Shown here: in pieces, positions 18,414 through 27,552 of the stretch
How positions within the stretch are numbered: the first letter of the stretch is position 1
How the letters are laid out: the number at the start of each line of letters is the position of its first letter
DNA from: an uncultured Actinomycetes bacterium
GTDB lineage: Bacteria > Actinomycetota > Thermoleophilia > Gaiellales > Gaiellaceae
Length of the DNA stretch: 64,000 nucleotides
Assembly (NCBI GenBank): GCA_963838395.1
Contig: CAWIQX010000014.1
Location: 654,869 to 718,868 of the forward strand
Direction of reading: 5' to 3'
Position numbers and translations under genes: made by a program
Notes under the pieces: model-generated
What the model was told of the DNA's origin: nothing
The model's input: the letters and a program-made list of their open reading frames with translations, nothing else
Databases searched by the model: none

Positions 18414-19772
18414 GCCTCTCCGCGTCGCGGTCGTCGGATCCGGGCCGGCGGCGTTCTACGCCGCCGGGCACCTGCTCGCGAGCACCGATCCGCCGGCCGA
18501 GGTGGACATGATCGAGCGGCTGCCGACGCCGTGGGGCCTGGTCCGCCTCGGCGTCGCGCCCGACCATCCGAACTTGAAGACCGTCTCTCGCGCGTTCGAG
18601 CGCATCGCCGAGCGACCAGGGTTCCGTTTCTTCGGCAACGTCGAGGTCGGCGAGGACGTCTCTCACGCGGAGCTCATGGAGCACTACGACGCGGTGGTGT
18701 ATGCCGTCGGCGCGCAGACGGACCGTCGTCTCGGCATTCCGGGCGAGGACCTGCCCGGCTCGTGGGCTGCCACCGAGCTCGTCGCCTGGTACAACGGCCA
18801 CCCGGACTTCCAGGAGCTCGACTTCGACCTCTCCGGAGAGCGCGCCGTGGTCATCGGCAACGGGAACGTCGCGCTGGACGTCGCGCGCATGCTCGCGCTG
18901 ACCCGGGAGGAGCTCGCACCCACCGACACCACGGATGCGGCGATCGAGGCGATCGTGAAGATCCGGGATCCGCGAGATCGTCGTCCTCGGCCGACGCGGG
19001 CCGGTGCAGGCGGCCTGGACGTCGACGGAGCTCCAGGAGATGGGCGACCTCGCCGGCGCCGACATCCTCGTCGACCCGTCCGAGCTCGAGCTCGATCCGG
19101 CGAGCGAGGCCGAGCTCGCCGACGCGTCGAACATCGTCCAGCGAAACGTCGAGATCCTGCGCGGTTTCGCGGCACGAGAGCCGAGCGGAGCGCCGCGGAC
19201 CGTGCGACTTCGCTTTCGGGTGTCCCCTGTTGCGATCGTCGGCGCGGAGCGGGTCGAAGCGGTCGAGCTCGTGAGGAACCGGCTCGAGCCCGACGGGAAG
19301 GGGAGCGTGCGAGCGGTGGCCACCGAGGAGCGCGAGGTCATCCCGTGCGGGATCGTCTTTCGCAGTGTCGGCTACCGGGGAGTGGCGCTCCCGGGACGCC
19401 GTTCGACGAGGGAAGCGGGACGATCCCGAATGTCGGCGGCAGGGTTCTCGACGATGCGGGTGCGCCCATTCCCGGCGTCTACGCCGCCGGCTGGATCAAG
19501 CGCGGCCCGACCGGCGTGATCGGCACGAACAAGAAGGACGCGGTCGAGACCGTCGACCATCTGCTGGAGGATGCGCGCGCGGGGCTTCTGCTCCTGTCGA
19601 CCGCGGCCGGGCGCGCATCGAGGAGCTACTCGCGGAGCGAGGTGTCGAGATCGTGATGTACCCAGGCTGGGGCGCGATCGACGCGCTCGAGCGCGCCGGC
19701 GGCGAGGAGCAGGGCCGTCCGCGCGTGAAGCTCTGCTCCTGGGACGAGCTGCTGGCGGCCGCCCGAGGCTAG
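18412..19772 (+). CDS. fprA: FprA-type NADPH:ferredoxin (adrenodoxin-like) reductase (three frame disruptions, about 18960, 19395, 19590)
   Basis: MPLRVAVVGSGPAAFYAA, LPTPWGLVRLGVAPDHP, VIGNGNVALDVARML, GIREIVVLGRRGPVQAAWT (shifted frame), SGTIPNVGGRV, GVYAAGWIKRGPTGVIGTNKKDA, and C-terminal GRPRVKLCSWDELL. An alternative in-frame GTG start lies at 18391. Confidence 0.88.
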
Positions 19773-19782
19773 ACTCGCCGGT

Positions 19783-21111
19783 GTGAGCAGGGCAGCGGAG
19801 AGAGACGAGCTCTGGGGCCCCGAGACGCGGAAGGCGGTCGCGAACTTCCCGGTCTCGGGCGAGCCGATCCCCGTCTCCGTCGCGCGCTGGCTCGGCCGAA
19901 TCAAGGCGGCTGCGGCGCGCGTGAACGCCGAGCTGGGGTTGCTCGACGGCGATATCGCAGAGCGAATCGCGCTCGCCGGCGATCGCGTGGCGGCAGGTGA
20001 GCTCGACGACCAGTTCCCGATCGACGTCTTCCAGACGGGCTCCGGAACGAGCTCGAACACGAACGCGAACGAAGTGCTCGCGGCGCTCGCGGGCGATGGC
20101 GTGCACCCGAACGACCACGTCAACATGGGCCAGTCCTCGAACGACGTCTTCCCCTCGGCCGTCCACCTCGCTGCCCTCGACCAGGTGGTGAACGACCTCT
20201 CTCCAGCGCTCGCTCGCCTTGCCGAGTCGCTCGAGCGCAAGGCGCTCGAGTTCGGCGACATCGTCAAGTCGGGGCGCACGCACATGATGGACGCGGTTCC
20301 CGTGACGCTCGGGCAGGAGTTCGCCGGCTATGCGGCCCAGGCACGCCAGGGGATCGCCCGTATCGAGGACGCGATGCCGCGGCTCGGGCAGATTCCGCTC
20401 GGAGGCACCGCGACGGGAACCGGCCTGAACACGCACCCCGAGTTCGCCGCGCGTGTTCGTGCGCTACTCACCGAGCAGACCGGCCTCACGATCTCGGCTC
20501 CCGCCGACCCGTTCGAGGCGCAGGCCGCACGAGATGCCCTCGTCGAGACATCCGGTGCGCTCAAGGTCGTCGCCGTCTCGCTGACCAAGATCGCCGGCGA
20601 CCTGCGCCTGATGGGCTCGGGACCGCGAGCCGGACTCGCCGAGATTCGCCTCCCGGAGCTCCAGAAGGGGAGCTCGATCATGCCGGGGAAGGTCAACCCC
20701 GTCATCCCCGAGGTCGTCACGCAGGTCGCGGCGCAGGTGATCGGCAACGACACCGCGATCACCGTCGGCGGGATGAACGGTCAGTTCGAGCTGAACGTGT
20801 ACGTGCCGCTGATCGCCCGCAATCTCCTCCAGTCCATCACGCTGCTGGCGAGCGCGAGCCGGCTGCTCGCCGAGAAATGCGTGGACGGGATCGAGGCCAA
20901 CCGCGAGCAGCTCGAGCGCTATGCGGAGCTGACGCTCTCGGCCGCGACTGCGCTCAATCCGCACATCGGCTACGACAAGGCGACGGAGATCGTCGCCGAA
21001 GCCGCGGCCTCGGGACGGTCGCTCCGCGAGGTGGCAAGTGAGGCAGGTGTCGAGGCGTCGACGCTCGATGAGGCGCTCGACTATCGCGCGATGGCCAAGC
21101 CGCACGAGTAG
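19783..21111 (+). CDS. aspA: Class II fumarase/aspartase-family lyase, motifs favour aspartate ammonia-lyase
   Basis: Intact 442 aa. Motifs GSGTSSNTNANEV, GRTHMMDAVPVTLGQEF, and the signature LPELQKGSSIMPGKVNPVIPE (the PV-PE form is typical of aspartases; fumarase C has NPTQCE). The N-terminus looks slightly short. Confidence 0.7.
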   Translation: MSRAAERDELWGPETRKAVANFPVSGEPIPVSVARWLGRIKAAAARVNAELGLLDGDIAERIALAGDRVAAGELDDQFPIDVFQTGSGTSSNTNANEVLAALAGDGVHPNDHVNMGQSSNDVFPSAVHLAALDQVVNDLSPALARLAESLERKALEFGDIVKSGRTHMMDAVPVTLGQEFAGYAAQARQGIARIEDAMPRLGQIPLGGTATGTGLNTHPEFAARVRALLTEQTGLTISAPADPFEAQAARDALVETSGALKVVAVSLTKIAGDLRLMGSGPRAGLAEIRLPELQKGSSIMPGKVNPVIPEVVTQVAAQVIGNDTAITVGGMNGQFELNVYVPLIARNLLQSITLLASASRLLAEKCVDGIEANREQLERYAELTLSAATALNPHIGYDKATEIVAEAAASGRSLREVASEAGVEASTLDEALDYRAMAKPHE

Positions 21112-21206
21112 CGTCGTTTAGCCCCCGCCTACGCGGGTACGTCCAGAGAGTCGTCGTGTCGGCCGAAGGGGTCGACTCACACTCGAGATGAGGGGGTAAT
21201 ACACAC

Positions 21207-22062
21207 GTGCGAAAGCTCATGACCGTGCTCGCCGCGTTCGCTGCAGCGCTCGCCATCGGCATCGTTCCCGCGGGAGCGGTCACCGATGGTCAACCCGACG
21301 GAGAGGGACACCCGTATGTCGGGCTCATGATCGCCAAGAACGCCGACGGTATCCCGCAGTGGCGATGCAGCGGAACGCTGCTGTCGGCACACGATCTTCC
21401 TCACCGCCGGACACTGCACCGAGGCGCCGGCCGCGGAGATCGAGATCTGGTTCGACTCAGGGTTCCCGACCCCGATCCCGGTCGGAGCCGGGTATCCGGC
21501 TGCGGGCCCGGATCCGTGTGCCGGGATCACGGGCTACCCGTGCACCGGTGATGCCACGGGGACGCCGTTCACTCACCCGGAGTACGACCCGAACGCGTTC
21601 TACCTTCACGATCTCGGCGTCGTCGTCCTCGACGAGCCGGTGATCATGGACGAGTACGGTGTCCTGCCACAGCTGGAACAGCTCGACGCGTTCGAGAAGA
21701 ACGGCAAGAAGGACGCCACGTTCACCGCGGTCGGCTACGGGCTCCAGAAGAGTTTCCCCGATGCCGCGGCGTGGAAGAACGTCGCGCTGCGCACACGGAT
21801 GGTCGCCTACCCGAAGTTGATCCAGATCAACAAGGGAATCGTGGGTGACTTCTCGATCCTCTTGTCGAACAACGCGCATACAGGCGGCACCTGTTTCGGT
21901 GACTCCGGCGGGCCGAACTTCATCGGCACGTCGAATGTCATCGCAGGGGTCACGTCTTTCGGCCGGAACAGCACATGTGCCGGAACGGGCGGGGTCTACC
22001 GCGTCGACAAGGCGGACGATCTCGACTGGCTCGCTACGTTCCGGATCACGCCCCCGGCGTAA
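21207..22062 (+). CDS. Secreted trypsin-like (S1) serine protease (one frame disruption near 21388)
   Basis: Signal peptide MRKLMTVLAAFAAALAIGIVPAGA. His motif FLTAGHC in the shifted frame. Asp in HDLGVVVLD. Ser motif CFGDSGGP. SD GAGGGGG upstream of the GTG. Confidence 0.8.
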
Positions 22063-22085
22063 CCCGAGCAAGCCTGACTGGAGAC

Positions 22086-22110
22086 GAAGGGCCGCTTGGA
22101 GCGGCCCTTC
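22086..22110. terminator. Perfect 10-bp GC-rich hairpin between convergent genes (putative bidirectional intrinsic terminator)
   Basis: GAAGGGCCGC-TTGGA-GCGGCCCTTC lies 24 nt after the protease stop and 16 nt after the stop of the minus-strand gene. There is no clear U tract. Confidence 0.6.
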
Positions 22111-22126
22111 GTCGTTCGGACCGACC

Positions 22127-23254
22127 TCAGCGGGTGACCGGCTCCGTCGTGTCGGAGAGAACCAGGCGCCGAACCACCTCGACGCCGGCGACGAGGAGAG
22201 CGAGAAACACGAGGGCCGCGAGGAACGAGCGCTGGAACGCCGGAAGGAAGGTCGCGAGCACGACCATGAGGCCGGCGACGAGACCGTACGTCCAGACGAG
22301 GCTCGCGGCGACGGGACGCAGGGCGACGCGAGCACGCGCGGCGAGACCTGCGGGCCCGATGAGCCAGGTGCCGACGAGCACGATCACGCCGAGGGCGATC
22401 CAGACCCACGCGCGATCGGCCAGAGCCTGCGTGAGGATGCTCCACGCGTTCGAGCCCGCAGGCTGCGTGGCGTCGCTCGTGAGCTCGTCGACGAGATAGG
22501 CACCGACTGCCTGCCGGGTGAAGAGGAGAGTCACACCGACGACGAGCAGCCCGATCCCGAGCGCCCTGAACTCGAGGCGGCGACGGCCTGCGGCGAGCCA
22601 GATGGCGAGGGCTGCTACGAGCAGCGCGAGAACCCAGAGCCAGGCTGCGAGGGCACGAAGGACGCGCACCGCCGTCTGCACGGTTTCGAGCTGGTCCGCG
22701 TCGATGAGCTCGATGCGTCCTGCGGCGGGAGGTAGCTGTTCCTCGACCCTGCCGATCGGTGCGATCTGCTCGCCGAGCTCGACGATGACCGGCCTCAGAT
22801 CCAGGTAGATCTTCCCGTCACCCGTGCGGACGAATCTCCCCTCGTCCTCGATGAGCGCGAGAAGCTGCTCGTGGGTCCGGGTCGCGACTGCGACCCACGC
22901 GGCCTGCACGCGCGGTCGCTCGAGGAGTCTGTCGGCGGCCTGGTCGGCCGCCTGCCGGGAGATCGACGCGAGCGTCGGCGCCAGCGCCTGCTGAGCCTCG
23001 GGGAGACGCGCGGCGATCCGCGCCTCGACGTCGACGTTCGCGTACAGCTGCTCGACGGCCGTCAGGGCGACCTGCTCCCGAATGTCGTCGTCCTGGATCA
23101 GATCGGTCGCGATCCGCTCGATCCCGCTCTCGTCGAGAATCGTTCGCTCGAGGGTGAACGCAAGCATCGAGACGAATCCGATCAACAACGCCAGGATGGT
23201 GAGGGCGCGCGCCAGGACGATTCTGCCGCGGCCGGATCGCCCGTCGTCGTTCAT
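22127..23254 (-). CDS. Hypothetical polytopic membrane protein
   Basis: Best start is MNDDGRSGRGRIVLARALTILALL (ATG 23254). One N-terminal TM, a roughly 190-aa helical extracytoplasmic segment, then about 5-6 TM. No recognised family. Confidence 0.6.
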   Translation of the reverse strand: MNDDGRSGRGRIVLARALTILALLIGFVSMLAFTLERTILDESGIERIATDLIQDDDIREQVALTAVEQLYANVDVEARIAARLPEAQQALAPTLASISRQAADQAADRLLERPRVQAAWVAVATRTHEQLLALIEDEGRFVRTGDGKIYLDLRPVIVELGEQIAPIGRVEEQLPPAAGRIELIDADQLETVQTAVRVLRALAAWLWVLALLVAALAIWLAAGRRRLEFRALGIGLLVVGVTLLFTRQAVGAYLVDELTSDATQPAGSNAWSILTQALADRAWVWIALGVIVLVGTWLIGPAGLAARARVALRPVAASLVWTYGLVAGLMVVLATFLPAFQRSFLAALVFLALLVAGVEVVRRLVLSDTTEPVTR

Positions 23255-23465
23255 CGGGAGGCAGTCTGACGCTTCGCGCGCGTCGGTGCGGTGCGGTGCC
23301 GCGTTTCCACCCTGCCGAGGCGGAGTTTCCGCCGTCCATCCCGCGATCGCGTCCGCCGCGGTCGCGTTAGTGTCCGAGACATGACGCACATCGGAGATCG
23401 CCGCCTCGGAGTACGGCGTCCGCCCCGCACGGACGGACGTCCGCCCGAAACTTCGCCCGGCGAGA

Positions 23466-25362
23466 ATGCTCCTCTCGCTGTTCGTCAGCGCCGCGAGCGT
23501 CTTCCTCGCCGCGGGCATCCTGCCGCGCTTCGACGTCGGCGACTTCTGGGAGGCGCTCGCTCGCCGCTCTCGCAATCGCCGTTCTGAACGCCGTGCTCTC
23601 TCCGCTCGTCGCAGCGGTTCGGCTTCCGTACACGGTCGCGACGTCCTTTGTGCTGCTACTCATCTTGAACGCGGTGGTGCTGCGCATCGTCGATGCACTC
23701 TCCGAGGGTGCGATCCGCGTCGACGGCGCTGGAGCGGCGATTGTCGCGGCGCTCGTCATCTCCGCCATCTCGATCGCCCTCGAGGTCGTGGCGGGTACGA
23801 ACGACGACGACGTCTACATGCTCCGCGTGATCCAGCGCATTGCCCGGCGCTCCGGCGAGAAGGTCGAGACGGACGTTCCCGGGATCGTCTTCCTCGAGAT
23901 CGACGGCCTCGCGAAGCCAGTGCTCCAGCGCGCGATGCGGGACGGCAACGCATCGACGATGGCACGCTGGCTCGCGGACGGGTCTCACCGACTTCTCGAG
24001 TGGGAGACCGACCTCTCCTCCCAGACGGGCGCGAGCCAGGCGGGGATCCTCCTCGGCTCGAACGAGGACATCCCGGCCTTCCGCTGGGTGGAGAAGGAGC
24101 GCGGGATCATGATGACGTGCTCCGCGCCGGGCGACTGCGAGGAGATCGAGCGCCGCCACGCAGGCGACGGGCTGCTTCGGAACGGCGGCGCGAGCCGCGG
24201 GAACCTCCTCTCGGGCGAAGCCGACCACGTGATCCTGACCGTCAGCCGGATGGAGGCCGAGAAGGGGGCAAACCCCGGCTACCGCGCATTCTTCTCGAAC
24301 GCGCACAACGTCACTCGGGCACTCGTCCTCTTCTTCTGGGAGGTCATCCTCGAGTGGGTTGCCGCCCTCCGCGCGATCCGCCGCGACGTGCAGCCGCGTG
24401 GTCATCGGGGCGGCATCTATCCGTTCCTGCGCGGCGCGATGTGCGTCATCGTCCGCGACCTCATCGTCTTCGGGGTCCTGACGGACCTGATGAAGGGACG
24501 TCCGGCGATCTATGCGACGTTCTCGAGCTACGACGAGGTCGCCCATCACTCCGGGCTCGAACGGGCCGACACGCTGGAGGCGCTGCGGAAGCTCGACCAG
24601 CAGTTCGCGCGGATAGACCGCGCTCGCCGCTATGCCCCGCGCCCGTACGAGATCGTCGTCCTCTCCGACCATGGCCAAACGCAAGGCGCGACCTTCAAGC
24701 AACGAAACGGCTACGGCCTGGACGAGCTCGTCGAGCGCTCGCTCGCCCGCGGAGACGTGGCCAAGGTCGCCGGTGGGGACGAGCAGAACGCGATGGTCGG
24801 CCACGCGCTCGCGGAAGCGACCGGGAAGCAGCCGAAGCGGCCGAAGAACGACGTCTCGGACCGGGAGGTCGTCGTCATGGGATCCGGAAACCTCGGGCTC
24901 GTCTACCTGATGGAGGAAACGCGCCGGCTCACCCAGGAGGAGATCGACGAGCGCCACCCACGCCTCCTGCCCGCGCTGCGCGAGCACCCACATGTCGGTT
25001 GGCTGCTCGTTCGCTCGGCCGAGCACGGTGCGGTCGTGCTCGGGGGCAAGGGCACTCGCTACCTGGCCGACGATCGCGTGGAGGGCGAGGATCCGCTTGC
25101 GCCTTTCTCTCCGACTGCCTATCTGCACCTGCGCCGGACCGATGGCTTCGCGCACGTCGCGGACATCATGGTCGGGAGCTTCTACGACCCGGACCTCGAC
25201 GAGGGCTGTGCCTTCGAGGAACTCATCTCGTTCCACGGCGGCCTGGGTGGTCTCCAGACCCGTGCCTTCATCCTGTCGCCCGCGCACATGCCGGTGCCGG
25301 AGGGCCCGATTCTCGGCGCGGCGGCCGTCCATCAGCTGCTCAAGGGCTGGCGGGAGCGATGA
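23466..25362 (+). CDS. Fusion of a holin-like 4-TM module with an alkaline-phosphatase-superfamily (nucleotide pyrophosphatase/phosphodiesterase-like) domain (one frame disruption near 23560)
   Basis: The N-terminal TM helices are split between ORF 23466.. (LLSLFVSAASVFLAAGILP) and ORF 23593..25362. Metal-site-like motifs are FLEIDGLA, SSYDEVAHHSG, VVLSDHGQT and ISFHGGLGG. Confidence 0.75.
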
Positions 25363-25480
25363 CCGGCGCTGCCTCTCCTTCCGAGCGGACCGCTGTTAGT
25401 TCAATCCGATGTCTGGTGGATCGCAGCGTCATCTGATTGAATCACCGGCGTCGTCAGCTCGACAAGGGAGAGCGCCAGAG

Positions 25481-26959
25481 ATGGCAACGAGGGAATCGGT
25501 ACTGACCGGCCTCGAGCCCCGCTCCTTCTGGGGGCACTTCGAGGCGCTGACGAGAATTGCGCGACCGTCACGGCTGGAAGCGCCGGTGATCGAGCACGTT
25601 CGCACGTGGGCCGACCAGCACGGCTTCGAGCTCGTGCAGGATGCCGGTCGCAACGTCGTGATCCGGGTTCCCGCGACGGCGGGGCGCGAGCCGGCACCCA
25701 CCGTGACGCTCCAGGGACACCTGGACATGGTCTGCGAGCGCGACCCGTCGAGCCCGAACGACCCAGCCGAGGGACGCATCACGCTCACCCGCGACGGTGA
25801 GTGGCTGACGGCTGACGGCACGACGCTCGGCGCCGACGACGGGGTGGCGATCGCCGCCATGATGGCCCTGGTCGAGGACGAGTCGCTTCCCCACGGGCCG
25901 CTCGAGCTGCTGATGACGGTGGCCGAAGAGGTCGGGCTCGAGGGCGCGAACGCCCTCGACCCCGCGCTCGTCACGGGAACGATCCTGGTGAATCTCGACA
26001 GCGAAGAGGATGGTCGGCTGACGGTCGGTTGCGCCGGAAGCACTGACACGTGGGTGCGGATCGACGCGCCGCGCGAGGATGCCGCTGCGCAGACCGTCGC
26101 GCTGTCCGTGACCGTCGCCGGCGGCAAGGGCGGACACTCCGGATCGGGCATCGCGCTCGGCCACTCGAACGCGATCAAGGTTCTCGGTCGTGCGCTGCGC
26201 GAGGCGCACGCCAAGGCTCCCTTCCGTCTCGTCGCCTTGAACGGAGGCAAGAGCCGCAACGCGATACCGCGAGATGCTTCCGCCGTGATCTCGGTCGAGC
26301 CCCGGAACGAGGCGGCGCTGCGGGAAGCGCTCGAGGCTGCGAACACGACGATTCGCGATGCATACTCGAAGACCGACGCCGGTGTCGCGGTCTCGGTCGA
26401 GCCGGCGAAGTCGAGCGAGCAGCCGTGGACGGACGATGCGACCGCGCGTCTGCTCGACGCGATCGCAGTCGTGCCTACGGGACCGCTCGCGATGAGCCCC
26501 GACTTCGACGACCTCGTCGAGACGTCGACCTCGCTCGGGGAGGCCATCACCGAGAACGGCCGGCTGACCCTGCACAGCCTCTCGCGCTCGTCGAACGACT
26601 CGGCGCTCCCCGAGGTGATCGCCGCTCTCGACGCCGCTGCGCGGCTCGGCGGCGGCGAGCTCGAGATCAAGCACAACTACAACGGCTGGCGCCCGAACCT
26701 CGATTCGCCCTCCCTCGCTGCGGCGCGCTCCGTGTACGAGCGGGAGTTCGGCGAGCCGCCGATCGTCACTGCGGTGCACGCCGGCCTCGAGACCGCAGTC
26801 ATCGGAAGCAAGGTCGCCGGCCTCGACATGATCTCCTTCGGCCCACAGATCGAGTTTCCTCACTCGCCTGACGAACGTGTCAGTATCCCGACCGTGGAGC
26901 GCTTCTGGAAGCTCCTCGTCGCCTTCGTGGACGAGGTCTCGGCGGGAGCGCGCCGCTGA
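25481..26959 (+). CDS. pepD: Aminoacyl-histidine (Xaa-His) dipeptidase, M20C family
   Basis: Intact 492 aa from MATRESV, with SD GGGAGAG upstream. Motifs LQGHLDMV, ADGTTLGADDGVAIA, TVAEEVGLEGA, VHAGLE, IEFPHSPDERV. Confidence 0.85.
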   Translation: MATRESVLTGLEPRSFWGHFEALTRIARPSRLEAPVIEHVRTWADQHGFELVQDAGRNVVIRVPATAGREPAPTVTLQGHLDMVCERDPSSPNDPAEGRITLTRDGEWLTADGTTLGADDGVAIAAMMALVEDESLPHGPLELLMTVAEEVGLEGANALDPALVTGTILVNLDSEEDGRLTVGCAGSTDTWVRIDAPREDAAAQTVALSVTVAGGKGGHSGSGIALGHSNAIKVLGRALREAHAKAPFRLVALNGGKSRNAIPRDASAVISVEPRNEAALREALEAANTTIRDAYSKTDAGVAVSVEPAKSSEQPWTDDATARLLDAIAVVPTGPLAMSPDFDDLVETSTSLGEAITENGRLTLHSLSRSSNDSALPEVIAALDAAARLGGGELEIKHNYNGWRPNLDSPSLAAARSVYEREFGEPPIVTAVHAGLETAVIGSKVAGLDMISFGPQIEFPHSPDERVSIPTVERFWKLLVAFVDEVSAGARR

Positions 26960-27552
26960 TGCGCGCCCTCGGCTGGATCATCGCGGCAGTCGGAATCGTG
27001 CTAGTGCTCGTCGCAACCGGCCTCATCGGGGATAGCGACAGGAGCGGCGAGAGCGTCCCGGCAGGCGAGTGGGCGCAGGACGTTTGCGCCGCGGTCGGCG
27101 TCTGGCGCGGTGAGGAGGAGGCAATCAGCGAGTCGTTCCGACTCTCCTCCGAGAGCAACGAGCAAACCGAGAACGTGCCCACTCCCGAAGGGCGGCTCGG
27201 TTCGGCGCAGGTCGCGCTGGAGCGAAGTGTCGAGGCCGTCGACACTCTCGTCGAGGCGATCGACCGGGCGGGTGTTCCGGATACGACAGGCGGTGAGCAG
27301 GCCGCCGACGAGATGTCGAGCTGGGCGAGCGGCGCCAAGGACGATCTCGAGGAGGCGGAAGACCTTCTCGACGACGAGCCGGACTCGCTCGAGGACGACG
27401 TCGAACGGGTCACGGAGATAGCCCGGCTGATCAGCGGCGTGCTGGAAAGCGGCCGTCAGACTCTCGCTGCGGTCGCCACCTCCGACCCCGAGCTCGAGGC
27501 TGCGTTCCGCGATTCGAGCACGTGCCAGCAACTCCGAGAGGAGACGGGCTAG
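26959..27552 (+). CDS. Exported/anchored acidic protein of unknown function with two conserved Cys (paralogue of 43907..44479)
   Basis: 197 aa with an N-terminal TM anchor. The start overlaps the pepD stop (TGATG). The stop abuts the dcuA ATG. Shares EW-x3-C-x5-W, (A/V)PDT(S/T)(S/G)G(D/E)Q and ELE(T/A)AF-x3-(S/T)C with the lipoprotein at 43907. Confidence 0.6.
   Translation: MRALGWIIAAVGIVLVLVATGLIGDSDRSGESVPAGEWAQDVCAAVGVWRGEEEAISESFRLSSESNEQTENVPTPEGRLGSAQVALERSVEAVDTLVEAIDRAGVPDTTGGEQAADEMSSWASGAKDDLEEAEDLLDDEPDSLEDDVERVTEIARLISGVLESGRQTLAAVATSDPELEAAFRDSSTCQQLREETG

Noticed and set aside
23466-23800. Holin-like domain as a sign of a prophage or lysis cassette
   Set aside because: No endolysin, integrase, terminase, capsid or tail gene is present, and there is no att-like repeat in the window. 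The module is fused to a housekeeping-type phosphodiesterase domain.
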